From an uncultured Actinomycetota bacterium (lineage in GTDB: Bacteria; Actinomycetota; Actinomycetes; CAVWCF01): a stretch of 64,000 nt of DNA. Below the pieces are notes generated by a model. The model saw nothing but the letters and a program-made list of their open reading frames with translations, searched no databases and was not told where the DNA came from. The stretch spans positions 320,001 through 384,000 of the forward strand of contig CAVWCF010000001.1 in NCBI GenBank assembly GCA_963753435.1, in the 5' to 3' direction. A program made the position numbers and the translations under genes. Shown here one piece after another: positions 32,964 through 43,604 of the stretch (the first letter of the stretch is position 1; every line of letters begins with the position of its first letter).

Positions 32964-34433
32964 CTATTCGCCCTCTGCGCTCGTCAACTTGTCTCGCAGA
33001 GCCTGCAGGGCCTCGTCGCTGGCGAGGGTGCCCTCGTCATCGGCCGCCGGCTCACTGGCGTACTCGGCTGCGGCGCCCTCGGTGGCTGCGTCGGCCTCCT
33101 CGGTCGCGGCCGCAGCGATCTGCTCCTTGTGCGCCTCCCAGCGGGCGTGAGCCTCGGCATACTGCCGCTCCCACTCCTCCTTCTGGTCCTCGTAACCGGG
33201 CAGCCACTCGCCGGTGCCGGGGTCGAAGCCGTCCGGGTAGACGTAATTGCCGGAATCGTCGTAACTGGCAGACATCCCGTAGACAGTCGGGTCGAAGTGG
33301 TCCGAAACCGCCTCGCCGATGGTCCCCTCGTTGGCCTGCTTCAGCGACAGGCTGATCCGGCGCCGCTCCAGGTCGATGTCGATGACCTTCACGAACAGCT
33401 CGTGGCCCACCTGAACCACCTGCTCGGGGATCTCCACATGCCGTTCCGCCAACTCGGAGATGTGCACCAGGCCCTCGATGCCGTCCTGCACGCGGACGAA
33501 GGCGCCGAACGGCACCAACTTCGTGACGCGCCCCGGGACGACCTGACCGATCTCGTGAAGCCGGGCGAAGTGCTGCCACGGGTCTTCCTGGGTGGACTTC
33601 AGTGACAGCGAGACACGCTCGCGGTCCATGTCCACGTCCAGCACCTCGACGGTGACCTCTTGGCCGACTTCGACAACCTCCGACGGGTGGTCGATGTGCT
33701 TCCAGGACAGTTCCGAGACGTGGACCAGACCGTCAACGCCGCCGAGGTCGACGAACGCGCCGAAGTTCACGATGGAGGAGACGACGCCCTTGCGGACCTG
33801 GCCCTTCTGCAACGTGACGAGGAAGTCCTGACGCACCGCGGACTGAGTCTGCTCCAGCCAGGCGCGGCGGGACAGAACGACGTTGTTGCGGTTCTTGTCC
33901 AGCTCGATGATCTTGGCTTCGAGTTCCTGGCCGACGTAGGGCTGCAGGTCGCGCACGCGACGCATCTCCACCAGCGAGGCCGGCAGGAAGCCGCGCAGAC
34001 CGATGTCCAGGATGAGGCCGCCCTTGACGACCTCGATGACCGTGCCGGTGACGACACCGTCCTCCTCTTTGACCTTCTCGATGCTGCCCCAGGCACGCTC
34101 GTACTGGGCGCGCTTCTTGGACAGGATCAGGCGACCGTCCTTGTCCTCCTTCTGCAGGACCAGCGCCTCAACGTGGTCACCGAGCGAGACGACCTCGCTG
34201 GGGTCCACGTCGTTCTTGATGCTGAGCTCGCGGGAGGGGATGACGCCTTCGGTCTTGTAGCCGATGTCGAGGAGGACCTCATCGCGGTCCACTTTCACGA
34301 CGATTCCGGCGACCACGTCGCCGTCGTCGAAGTACTTGATGGTGTCGTCAACCGCCGCCGCGAAGGCATCGGCGTCGCCGATGTCGTTGATCGCGATCTG
34401 GGCGGTGGGGGCTTCGGTAATGGTCGAGGTCAA
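32964..34433 (-). CDS. rpsA: 30S ribosomal protein S1
   Basis: Four S1 domains, DIGYKTEG, GFLPASL, FDPTVYGM, LASDEALQALRDKL; probable TTG start at 34433. Confidence 0.97.
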   Translation of the reverse strand: MTSTITEAPTAQIAINDIGDADAFAAAVDDTIKYFDDGDVVAGIVVKVDRDEVLLDIGYKTEGVIPSRELSIKNDVDPSEVVSLGDHVEALVLQKEDKDGRLILSKKRAQYERAWGSIEKVKEEDGVVTGTVIEVVKGGLILDIGLRGFLPASLVEMRRVRDLQPYVGQELEAKIIELDKNRNNVVLSRRAWLEQTQSAVRQDFLVTLQKGQVRKGVVSSIVNFGAFVDLGGVDGLVHVSELSWKHIDHPSEVVEVGQEVTVEVLDVDMDRERVSLSLKSTQEDPWQHFARLHEIGQVVPGRVTKLVPFGAFVRVQDGIEGLVHISELAERHVEIPEQVVQVGHELFVKVIDIDLERRRISLSLKQANEGTIGEAVSDHFDPTVYGMSASYDDSGNYVYPDGFDPGTGEWLPGYEDQKEEWERQYAEAHARWEAHKEQIAAAATEEADAATEGAAAEYASEPAADDEGTLASDEALQALRDKLTSAEGE

Positions 34434-34629
34434 GGGGTTACTTCCGTCGCGGACAATGAGTCGTCGTTGCGTGATGAGCCCTTGGATCGACACGCCGGGA
34501 CCCGGATGAATGGGGCGACAGATCGAGCACGAGCCTGCTCCGTCTGAGGTCGCACAGGCCCACTACGCGAGGCAGGAGTCTACGGTGCCCCGCATGAACG
34601 GGGCAAACCAACCATTTGGAGCAGACAAG

Positions 34630-35715
34630 ATGACCGTGTTGCTCCTGCTCGGCGGGCTGATCTTCCTGGCCGCCGGGGGCGAATTGCTGGTCCGCGGAGC
34701 CTCGGCTTTCGCGCTGAGCGTGGGCCTGACGCCCCTCTTGGTCGGCCTGACCGTTGTGGCCGTCGGCACATCCGCCCCGGAAGCGGCAGTTTCGATAGAC
34801 GCGGCGATCGGCGGGAGCCCCGAACTCGCCCTTGGAAACGTGATCGGCAGCAATATCGCCAACATCCTCTTGGTCCTTGGCGTTTCGGCACTAATCGCCC
34901 CCTTGACCGTTGAGAGGCGCTTGGTCCGCATCGACCTGCCGGTCATGGTCGCCCTGTCCCTCCTCACCTGGCTCCTGGCGGCCAACGGTGGGCTTAGCCG
35001 GGCCGAGGGCGGGCTCCTGCTGGGACTCGTGCTGGCCTATGGCGCCGTCACCGTGATTGCGGCCCGGCGCCGGCCGACTGCCATGGGCCTCTCCACAGCC
35101 GACGCCAAACCGCTGCCGGTATCCACCGGCTGGCGGTTTCGGCTCGGCAATCTCTTGCTGGTCGGAGTTGGGATCGTGCTCCTGATTATCGGAGCCGGCT
35201 GGCTGGTGGAAGCCGCCACCGATATCGCACTCACCCTCGGCATCAGCGAGATCGTCGTCGGCCTGACCGTGGTTGCGCTCGGTACTTCGCTACCGGAACT
35301 GGCCACGTCGCTGATCGCCACAGCGCGGGGTGAGCGCGACCTCGCCGTCGGCAACGTCGTCGGGTCGAACATCGCCAACCTCGGCCTGGTCCTCGGCCTG
35401 TCCGCACTTGTTGCGGCCGGTGGGATCCCCGTGCCGGACTCGGTCTTGCTATTCGACCTTCCGTTCATGGTGGCGGTGGCACTTGCGGCGCTGCCGATCG
35501 CCCTGACCGGGTTCGTGATCGCCAGATGGGAAGGCGCCTTCTTCGTCGGGTACTTGATCGCCTACGTGCTCTACCTGTGGTTGGACTCCACCGGTTACGA
35601 GCGCATCGACGCCTTCAGCTCCGTCGTATTCGGGTTCGTCCTGCCGCTGATCGTCGGGACCATCGTTCTCGTAGCCGCGTTCGAATGGCGGTCTCGCCGG
35701 CAGCGGTTGGTCTGA
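34630..35715 (+). CDS. Calcium/sodium antiporter (YrbG, CaCA family)
   Basis: GTSAPE and GTSLPE alpha repeats, GNVIGSNIAN twice. Confidence 0.93.
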   Translation: MTVLLLLGGLIFLAAGGELLVRGASAFALSVGLTPLLVGLTVVAVGTSAPEAAVSIDAAIGGSPELALGNVIGSNIANILLVLGVSALIAPLTVERRLVRIDLPVMVALSLLTWLLAANGGLSRAEGGLLLGLVLAYGAVTVIAARRRPTAMGLSTADAKPLPVSTGWRFRLGNLLLVGVGIVLLIIGAGWLVEAATDIALTLGISEIVVGLTVVALGTSLPELATSLIATARGERDLAVGNVVGSNIANLGLVLGLSALVAAGGIPVPDSVLLFDLPFMVAVALAALPIALTGFVIARWEGAFFVGYLIAYVLYLWLDSTGYERIDAFSSVVFGFVLPLIVGTIVLVAAFEWRSRRQRLV

Positions 35716-35740
35716 CCCGGGCATGGACCCGGGTCAGACC
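35709..35740. terminator. Bidirectional hairpin terminator between convergent genes
   Basis: GGTCTGACCCGGG-CATGGA-CCCGGGTCAGACC, 13-bp perfect stem. Confidence 0.75.
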
Positions 35741-35748
35741 GCGAACCG

Positions 35749-38010
35749 CTAGGAACGCTGAGCCAGCAGGTACGCCCCGGCAGCGGCGCCACCCAACAGC
35801 ACCAAAGCGGCGATGAGGCGAGCCAGGTTGCTGTCGCTGGCACCGCCCGCGCCGGCGATGTCGTAGGAGTAGGCGGCCGACGCCTGTGCGGAGTCCTCCG
35901 GAGCCCCGTACGGCAGGCCACCGTCGGCAGTGCGTTCCGCACTGGCCTCGATCACGGCTACTCGGGTGCCGAAGTCCAGCGCTGTCGCGTTGCCGGCCGC
36001 GAGCAACTGCTGGCTGCCCTCTTCGGACAACTGACCAGCGCCGGACTCGATCTGCTCCACGCCCGGGACAGCCTGCGTCAAACCGTCGGCGATCTGGCCG
36101 CCGCCATCGGCGGCATCGGCAAGACCGTCCTCGAGTTGCTGAGTACCGTCGGCGAGCTGCGAGCTGCCGTCAGCAGCGTCCTCAAGCCCGCTTGCCAACG
36201 TGGAGTTGCCATCAGCTACCTGATCGGCACCATCGGCGGCCCCGCCGAGCCCACTGGCCAACGTCGCTGCGCCATCAGCCACCTGGTCGGCGCCAGCGGA
36301 AAGCTGTTGCGCACCTGCGACCGCGGACTGGAGGCCAGCAATCAGCTGGTCCATTCCGGGCAGTAGTCGAGCGTCGATCCCGCCTACAACCTGCAGTAGC
36401 GCGTCCGCTGCAGCCTTGGTCTGGGCTTTCAGCCCGCCTGGATCCGCCGGCGCCAAGATCCCTGCAGGCAGGCCCAGCCCGTATACGAGGTTCGACAAGA
36501 GCACGCAGTTGTTGGTGGCTGGATAGGGCGGGCTCAGGCTTGAAGGTGGAACAACCGGTGGAATCGGTACCCCGGCGTTCTGGGGGCAAGGACTCCCAGG
36601 AGCGGGGAATGACGTGATCTCCTGCGTATAGGCCAATTTTGCAGCCCCGATGAGCTGGTCAATGTCACCACCAGCGGATGCGGCGTCACCGAGCAGCGTC
36701 CCCACCAGGTTGACAACTTCCCTAACGCCGCATGGGTTTGATGGGTTTGCCGGGTCGGCCGGGTTGCACGCGGGATTACTGAGGCCGACCTTCAGCTGAC
36801 GCGCACCCGCCTCAAGCTTGGGTAGCCCTTCAACGCCGGCGAGCGTGGCTAGGCCGTCGGCAACCTGTTGCGCGCCCGCCGCCAACGCAACCGCTCCGGG
36901 AACTGCGGTTCCGTTGAGTCCAGCGGCCAGCTCGGAGCTACCAGCGGCAAGTTGTTGAGCGCCTGGCACGGCCGTGCCATTCAAACCGGCGCTTAGTTCC
37001 TGAGCGCCATCGTTCAACTGCTCGGCGCCTGGGAGAGCGGTGTCGTTCAACCCGGCCGACAACTGGCTTGCGCCGTCCTCAAGTTGCAGCAGGCCAGCCA
37101 GCAATTGCCCCGCGCCATCCTGCAACTTCAGCAGGTTCTCGTCGATCTGCTGGGCACCGCTGGTCAGGTCCTGACCCGTCTTGGCACCATCCTCGAAGGA
37201 CTTCTTGGCGCTGGAAACCGTTGGATTCTCCAAGGGGCGAATAACGGCGATTGTCAGGTTAGCCGGCGGGATGACCGCGTCCGTCACGTCGGCCTTGTAC
37301 GAGACCTCGGCGACGGGATTACTAAGGGGCGGAATCAGCGTGATGCTGTACTTCAACTTCGTGCCACCCCGGCCGTCACCGGCAACCGCACCCGCCGGAG
37401 CTTCGACCGCGGTCATGGAGTTCGGCAGGATGATGTCCATCGTCGCAGCGAGCGGGATGTAGACCATCTCTCTGCTGGATGCCTTGCCGCCGGTTCCGTC
37501 CTCATAGGTGACCTGAGTCGGCTCGCCCGTGACGTTTTCGACGCGGTAGTTCACTTCCAATTCGCCGGACTTGCCGACGACATCCTCCGCGTCCAGTTCC
37601 TGACCATCGAGGCGATAGGTGATTCGAACCTCCACCGGCAGGTCCTTGGTGAAGTCGGCTACGTAGCGCTGGGTCGCTTGGCCGTCGGCGTCTACTGACG
37701 AAACGATCTCTTCGCCGGACAACTCCGGACTCCCGAACCCATCGAGGTTGCGCAGCCCCTTGGTCGAGATCGGGTTGGTGAACTCGACCTCACCAGATCC
37801 GGTCACGGTCACCTGGTCGTACACCCGGGCCAGGTCGACCTCACCGGAAGGCTTCAGCTTGGCGTTGACGGTTTCCCGGTTGCTGATGTCAACCGGCCCG
37901 TCACCGTTAGCCGCGGTTGCGACAACCGGTGTCAGGACAGCACCAAGGACCAAGGCGCCATATACCGCGGTGCTCGCCGCCACCGCACGCTTGAGCCGCT
38001 GCGACCTCAT
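35749..38010 (-). CDS. Exported, membrane-anchored heptad-repeat (X-X-X-Leu-X-X-Gly) protein, YhgE/Pip-like
   Basis: Signal peptide; N-terminal domain LPVEVRITYRLDG...GKSG...YRVEN; long QLxxG heptads; C-terminal TM. Confidence 0.75.
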   Translation of the reverse strand: MRSQRLKRAVAASTAVYGALVLGAVLTPVVATAANGDGPVDISNRETVNAKLKPSGEVDLARVYDQVTVTGSGEVEFTNPISTKGLRNLDGFGSPELSGEEIVSSVDADGQATQRYVADFTKDLPVEVRITYRLDGQELDAEDVVGKSGELEVNYRVENVTGEPTQVTYEDGTGGKASSREMVYIPLAATMDIILPNSMTAVEAPAGAVAGDGRGGTKLKYSITLIPPLSNPVAEVSYKADVTDAVIPPANLTIAVIRPLENPTVSSAKKSFEDGAKTGQDLTSGAQQIDENLLKLQDGAGQLLAGLLQLEDGASQLSAGLNDTALPGAEQLNDGAQELSAGLNGTAVPGAQQLAAGSSELAAGLNGTAVPGAVALAAGAQQVADGLATLAGVEGLPKLEAGARQLKVGLSNPACNPADPANPSNPCGVREVVNLVGTLLGDAASAGGDIDQLIGAAKLAYTQEITSFPAPGSPCPQNAGVPIPPVVPPSSLSPPYPATNNCVLLSNLVYGLGLPAGILAPADPGGLKAQTKAAADALLQVVGGIDARLLPGMDQLIAGLQSAVAGAQQLSAGADQVADGAATLASGLGGAADGADQVADGNSTLASGLEDAADGSSQLADGTQQLEDGLADAADGGGQIADGLTQAVPGVEQIESGAGQLSEEGSQQLLAAGNATALDFGTRVAVIEASAERTADGGLPYGAPEDSAQASAAYSYDIAGAGGASDSNLARLIAALVLLGGAAAGAYLLAQRS

Positions 38011-38555
38011 TCCCCCGCCTCCGAACTGCTCTGCAGGGCGTATCCCTGCTCCAGATCTTCCTCTTCATCGCTGGGCGCGAACCAAACGCCAGCCGCAAAC
38101 CCAAGCGCCGCACTCAGCAGGATCGAGGTAGCCCAAGTCGGACTCGTGCTCAGCACATCCGGTGGCGAAGCGGTGAACGCCGCCTCGTAGGCGCCGACCA
38201 TCGCCGCCACTCCCAGCAGACCCGACCAAAGGGGCGTTCGACCGAATGTGAGCGCGATGAGCCCGGTGACGAGCAAGACCACGACAACGGCAGCGACGGC
38301 TCGCCCGGATGAACTGTCGGGCAGGACACCAGCGCGGATCGGATAGGCGGCCCAGGCAACGACGAAGCCGATGCCGAAACCAAGAAGGCGCCAGAAGACT
38401 CCCCCGGCCCCAGCAAGCGCCAGGACACCACCGATGCCAATCCCGAGGAGGATCGTCGAGTCGACATCCCAGCCCAACGCGTCGCCGAGGACGACGCCCA
38501 GGAGTGCTGCCAGCGCGAGTGCGCCACCGGCCATAAGTGTTCGTGAAGTGCTCAT
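38007..38555 (-). CDS. Hypothetical integral membrane protein (about 6 TM)
   Basis: Hydrophobic Gly-rich helices; GGGGAAGG RBS; ATGA overlap with the heptad protein. Confidence 0.8.
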   Translation of the reverse strand: MSTSRTLMAGGALALAALLGVVLGDALGWDVDSTILLGIGIGGVLALAGAGGVFWRLLGFGIGFVVAWAAYPIRAGVLPDSSSGRAVAAVVVVLLVTGLIALTFGRTPLWSGLLGVAAMVGAYEAAFTASPPDVLSTSPTWATSILLSAALGFAAGVWFAPSDEEEDLEQGYALQSSSEAGE

Positions 38556-38580
38556 CTACCTTCCCCTGTCGATTGGCTTG

Positions 38581-39967
38581 TCACGGCGTGACATCACCTG
38601 GCCACGGAGGTGGCGTGTACTGGAGGTTCAAACCAGTGGTCGTGCCAAATGCCGTTCGGATCGCTTCGTCTTCCGGCGCTGCGCCTGAGTCCAACCACTG
38701 ATCAATCAGGGTCGGGCCGGCCACCCATTCCGACGTGGTGAAGACGCAGTGTCCCGCGCCGTACTCGGCCGGCGCGGTGAACGAGCGCGGCGCGACAGTG
38801 AACAACTGCTTCAGCGAGTCGGTGGCCCCGTTGTCGGCAACTCGTTCGCCGAACAGGGTCTGGTTCTGCACGATGACCAGCGGATCGGCTGCGGTGTGAA
38901 CGGCCAACGTGGGCATGTTGAGGTCGCCGGTCGGTTGGCCCAGTTCTGCTGCGCGGGCGCGTGCTACGGGATCCGCGGCCACCTTGGGTGCGGCCTCCAC
39001 CAGGTCGATCAACTCCTGCGCTCGACCGCCCGACAGCGCATTGATCTGCGAGAACTCGTCCGCATCAACGCGCAAGGAATAGTCGGCATCGATGTTCTGG
39101 CTCGGATTCCCGCCGGCACGCTGTTCCAACTCGTAACGCACGAACGTGGAGTAGCCCAGAGCCGTGGCCAACGCCTCGCCGTAGGCGGCCAACTCCGACG
39201 AAAGGCTGGCGCCGTCTTGGTTCTGGGTCTGCGCGGGAGCGTCCACCATGGCCGCAATGGCGCGGAGCCGGGCCGGGCCCTCAGTCAGGTCGCCGACAGC
39301 CGCTTCCAAGGCTTGCACCGCCCTGGTCCATTCGGCCACGGCTTCCTCGAACGAAGCGAAGCTGGTTACTTTCAGCTGCGGATCGATCAGCGCCTTGAAC
39401 GCCACGGCAGCGTCCAGCGCCACGTCAAAGTTGTCGACGGTTCCCCCGAGCACGCCGCAGTAGGGCACTGCGGCGTCGGCCCAGTCGACCTGCTCTGCCA
39501 GCGTCTGCGTGATCAGACCACCCAGGGACGCTCCCCAAACGACCACCCGCTGCGGCGCACCGGCGTTCGCAACGAAGAAGTCGTACACCGCGGTCTGGTC
39601 CTCGACCGCGTCTTCGACAGCCCAGCCGTTGCTCCGGTACGCAGAACCGGCAAGGGCATACCCCTGACCGAGCAGCGCCTCGGCCACCTCGTCGGTCGGC
39701 GCCGATTCGGCGTCGGTGCTGACCGGGTCGAAGTCCGGAGGAGCCGGACGAGCCTGTCGATAGCCGTGGGACCACAGCAACAGGGTCCCGTTCCATTCGT
39801 CCGGTATCTGGATCTCGTAGGCGGCGCCGTCGAGATCGCCGGTGCACGCGAACCTGTCACAGCCGTTCACGGGAACGCGACTCGGCGACGGCTTCATCGC
39901 TCGTGGAGCACGAGGCAGGTGAACCAGGGCAACCGTCGATCAGCCCAACGACAGGCCAACTTCGCAT
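38581..39967 (-). CDS. Secreted alpha/beta hydrolase, probable lipoprotein (5' end disrupted by indels)
   Basis: WNGTLLLWSHG, GASLGG nucleophile elbow, HTAADP, GAGHC; upstream ATG 39967 (CACACT-N6-ATG) encodes MRSWPVVGLI...ASCSTS out of frame. Confidence 0.75.
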
Positions 39968-40018
39968 GAACGGAGTGTGGGGCACGCAAGGTCGATTGTG
40001 CGCGGCAAATCGCTGATT

Positions 40019-40034
40019 GTTACCGCGCAGTAAC
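40019..40034. promoter_or_regulatory. Palindromic operator-like site upstream of the hydrolase operon
   Basis: GTTAC-N6-GTAAC in the polA/hydrolase intergenic region. Confidence 0.35.
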
Positions 40035-40048
40035 CTGTCGGCAGCCGA

Positions 40049-42713
40049 CTAGTGCGCGGCCGCCTCCCAGTTGGCGCCGACGCCAACCGAGACCTCTAGG
40101 GGTACTAGCAACTCTGCCGCTGCGCCCATTTCGGAACGCACCAAGTCCGACAACTGCTGCTGCTCGCCCGGCGCCAATTCCAGGACGAGTTCGTCGTGCA
40201 CCTGCAACAGCATCCGCGAGCGCAATCCCTGCTCATCCAGCGCCCGCTGCACGCGCAGCATCGCCACCTTGACGATGTCGGCGGCCGAGCCCTGAATCGG
40301 GGCGTTGAGTGCCATCCGTTCGGCCATCTCCCGCCGCTGCCGGTTGTCACTGTTGAGATCCGGCAAGTAGCGCCGGCGTCCCAGCAACGTCTGCGTGTAC
40401 CCATCCAGCCGCGCCTGCTCCACAACGCTGTGCAGATAGTCGCGGATGCCGCCAAAGCGCTTGAAGTACTCCTCCATCGAGGGCTGCCGCCTCGCTTGTT
40501 TCCACGCCCAGCTGCTGGGATAGGCCGTAGCTGGACAGCCCGTACGCCAACCCATAGGACATGGCCTTGATCTTGGAGCGCATCTCGGCATCCACGTCGG
40601 CGGCTTCCACGCCGAACACCATTCGGGCGACGGAGGTGTGGAGGTCCTCACCGGAGGAGAAGGCTTCGATCAGGCGCTCGTCGCGGCTGGCGTGCGCCAT
40701 GATCCGCAACTCGATCTGGCTGTAATCGGCAGTGAGTAGGGCTTCATAACCCGCGCCCGGTACGAAGGCCGCGCGAATGCGCCGACCCGCCTCGGTGCGA
40801 ACCGGGATGTTCTGCAGGTTCGGGTCGGTGGAGGACAGCCGTCCCGTGGCGGCCACCGCTTGCCGGAAGGTGGTGTGGATGCGGCCGTCCTTCGCCACGC
40901 TTCGCTGTAGGCCCTCGACCGTACTCAGCAACCTGGTGGCGTCCCGGTGGGCGAGCAGGTGCATCAGCACGGGGTGCTCGGTCTTGGCGTACAGACCGGT
41001 AAGCGCATCCGCATCGGTGGTGTACCCGGTCTTGATCTTCTTGGTCTTGGGTAGCCCGAGTTCGTCGAAGAGGATCTGTTGGAGTTGCTTGGGCGAACCC
41101 AGGTTGAACGGATGTCCCACCGACTCGTGAGCGGCCGCCACCGAATCGGCCACGGCCGCACGGAAGTCAGCGGCCAAGGCAGCCAGGTGTTGGGCATCCA
41201 CGGCTATCCCGTCCGCCTCCATTCCGACAAGTACGTCGGCGACCGGAAGTTCGAGATCGGTGAGCAACGACGTCGATTCCCGATCGGCCAGCAGGGCGAG
41301 AAGTTCGGGAGCAAGGCGTCGGATGGTCTCTGCTTCGCGCGCAAGTCGCTGCCCAAGCGATGAAACGTCCGCGTCGAGTGCCAACTGACCGTCAGCAGCC
41401 GAGTCCGATCCCAGCGCTGGGATCTCCCCCAGTACCTGAGTGGCGACGTCTTCCAGGCCGAAAGTGCGGCGACCCGGCTGCGCCAGGTAGGCGGCCAACT
41501 CGGTATCGCATGTAATGCCGGCAACCGGCCATCCCCGGGCGTGGGCGGCGTGCAGCAACGGCTTTGCGTCATGCACGAACTTCGCGCGTTCGGGATCCGC
41601 CAACCAGTCGGAGATCGCGGTGGTCGCATCTGGGCCGACCTGGTCCAGTTCCACCCAGTACGCGCCATCCCCCGCCAGCCCGAGCACGCTCAACCGGGCT
41701 GTTCCGGACGCAAGCGTGGCGTCGGACGCAAGGGCCACGGCCTCCTGTTTCGACAACCAGTTCGCTACTTCGCGGGCGTCCAGCGCACCTACCTCGAACT
41801 CAGCTCGCGCAACCGTTTGAGTGGGCTCCGAACCCGGCCAGGCATCTGGCAGACGTTCCCGCAGGACCCGGAACTGCAGCGTGTCGAAGATCTGGTCGAT
41901 CCGGGCCGGCTCGTACGGGGGCAAGCGCAAATCGGCGAGTTCCACCTCCAGCGGCACGGAGCGCACGAGTTCCGTAAGGCGGCGATTCGTCAGAACCTGC
42001 GCCAGATGGTCACGCAGAGCCGTGCCGACCTTGCCGCCGACCTCATCGACGTGCTCTACCAAACCGTCCAGTGAGCCGTACTGCTGCAGCCACTTGGTGG
42101 CGGTCTTCTCGCCGACCCCGGGGATGTTCGGGAGGTTGTCGCTGGGATCGCCACGAAGAGCGGCGAAGTCGGGGTACTGAGACGGTGACAGCCCATATCG
42201 GTCCTGCACCGCCTGCGGGGTCATCCGTTCGAGTTCGGACACCCCGCGTTTCGGGTAGAGCACCGTGGTGTCGGCGCCCACCAGCTGGAAGCAGTCGCGA
42301 TCCCCGGTGAGGATGCGGGTCTCCCAACGCTCTTGTCCGGCTTGCGTCGCCAACGTGGCGATGACGTCGTCAGCCTCGAACCCGTCTACTGCCACAACCG
42401 CCACCCCGAGCGCCTCCAGCACCTCCCGGATCAGGTCAACCTGTCCGGCGAACTCCTTCGGCGAAGCAGAGCGGTTCGCCTTGTACTCGGCGAACTGCTC
42501 ACTTCGGAACGTCTTGCGCGATACGTCGAAGGCCACGGCGAGATGGGAGGGCTGTTCGTCACGTACAGCGTTAATGAGCATTGAGATGAACCCGTACACA
42601 GCGTTGGTTGGTTGCCCGGTGGTCGTAGCGAAATTCTCGACTGGCAAGGCGTAGAAGGCCCGATACGCAAGCGAGTGGCCGTCGAGCAGTAGTAGCACCG
42701 GGCGGTCAGGCAT
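40049..42713 (-). CDS. polA: DNA polymerase I with an apparent single-base frameshift near 40478
   Basis: DGHSLAYRAF, EADD, GDPSDN, TGRLSS.DPNLQNIP, DYSQIELR, KAMSYGLAYG; NAPIQG and QVHDEL in the next frame. Confidence 0.95.
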
Positions 42714-42736
42714 CTGTTGATCCTAGGGTCGGCTCC
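42714..42736. promoter_or_regulatory. Bidirectional leaderless promoter shared by polA and the DUF554 gene
   Basis: TAGGAT-N6-ATG (minus) and TAGGGT-N7-GTG (plus) overlapping at TA 42724-42725. Confidence 0.65.
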
Positions 42737-43492
42737 GTGGATGACGCCTTCATCGGCCTGGGCACCGTCATTAACGTCGTCGCCGTCCTTGCCGGTTCGG
42801 CGATCGGTGTGCTGGCCGGTACCCGATTGCCGGTTCGAGTTCGCGATCTGATCACTGACGCCCTCGGCCTGGTGACGCTCGCGGTGGCTGGTCTGAACAT
42901 AGCCGCCGTCCTTGACTCCGACCTCCTGGACGCCGTCGGCTCGGGCGTACCGATCCTCATCATCCTGGGAGCGGTGGTCATCGGTGGCGTAACCGGCGCA
43001 CTGCTGCGCGTGGAGTACCGCCTGGAAGGCATCGGGGACTGGCTGCGGCGCCGGTTCCGCGTAAGTGGCGACGGGGAACAGCGCACCCGATTCGTGGACG
43101 GCTACGTGACCGCCAGCCTGGTCTTCTGTGTCGGCCCGCTCACCGTCCTGGGCAGCCTGCAAGACGGACTGGGCGAAGGGATTGACCTGCTGGTGCTGAA
43201 GTCTTCACTGGACTTCTTCGCCTCGATCGCCTTCGCCGCCTCGCTCGGCTGGGGCGTTGCAGCCAGCGCTGTAACCGTCGGGGTCGTCCAAGGAACGCTG
43301 ACGGTTCTTGGGGCGGTTCTCGGCGAGGTTCTCACCGACGCCCAGGTCGCGGCACTGACGGCCACCGGGGGGTTGTTGCTAATCGGGGTCTCGCTGCGGC
43401 TGTTGCGGCTGAAGCAGTTGCCCGTCGGCGACTTGCTGCCAGCGCTCATCGTCGCGCCCCTGTTGGTGAGCCTTGTCGCCGCTATCCGCTAG
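42737..43492 (+). CDS. DUF554 family membrane protein
   Basis: GTVIN, ASLVFCVGPLTVLGSL.DGL, LKSSLD, QG.LT motifs. Confidence 0.88.
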   Translation: MDDAFIGLGTVINVVAVLAGSAIGVLAGTRLPVRVRDLITDALGLVTLAVAGLNIAAVLDSDLLDAVGSGVPILIILGAVVIGGVTGALLRVEYRLEGIGDWLRRRFRVSGDGEQRTRFVDGYVTASLVFCVGPLTVLGSLQDGLGEGIDLLVLKSSLDFFASIAFAASLGWGVAASAVTVGVVQGTLTVLGAVLGEVLTDAQVAALTATGGLLLIGVSLRLLRLKQLPVGDLLPALIVAPLLVSLVAAIR

Positions 43493-43604
43493 CAACCAGC
43501 ACGCGGTTCGCAACCAGGATTGCAAAATCCCAACGCGTAGGTGAACGCGTGGTTATGCTCCCCAGCGCGGGTGGACCCGATCGGTCGGTGAAGCGAGGTG
43601 GCGC

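Noticed and set aside
31332-33605. 757-aa plus-strand ORF and many other long overlapping ORFs
   Set aside because: Antisense or off-frame shadows of uvrB, coaE, rpsA and other clear genes, as expected at high GC; no recognisable motifs
40470-40490. Programmed frameshift in polA (or tkt)
   Set aside because: No slippery heptamer or stimulatory structure; a sequencing indel is simpler
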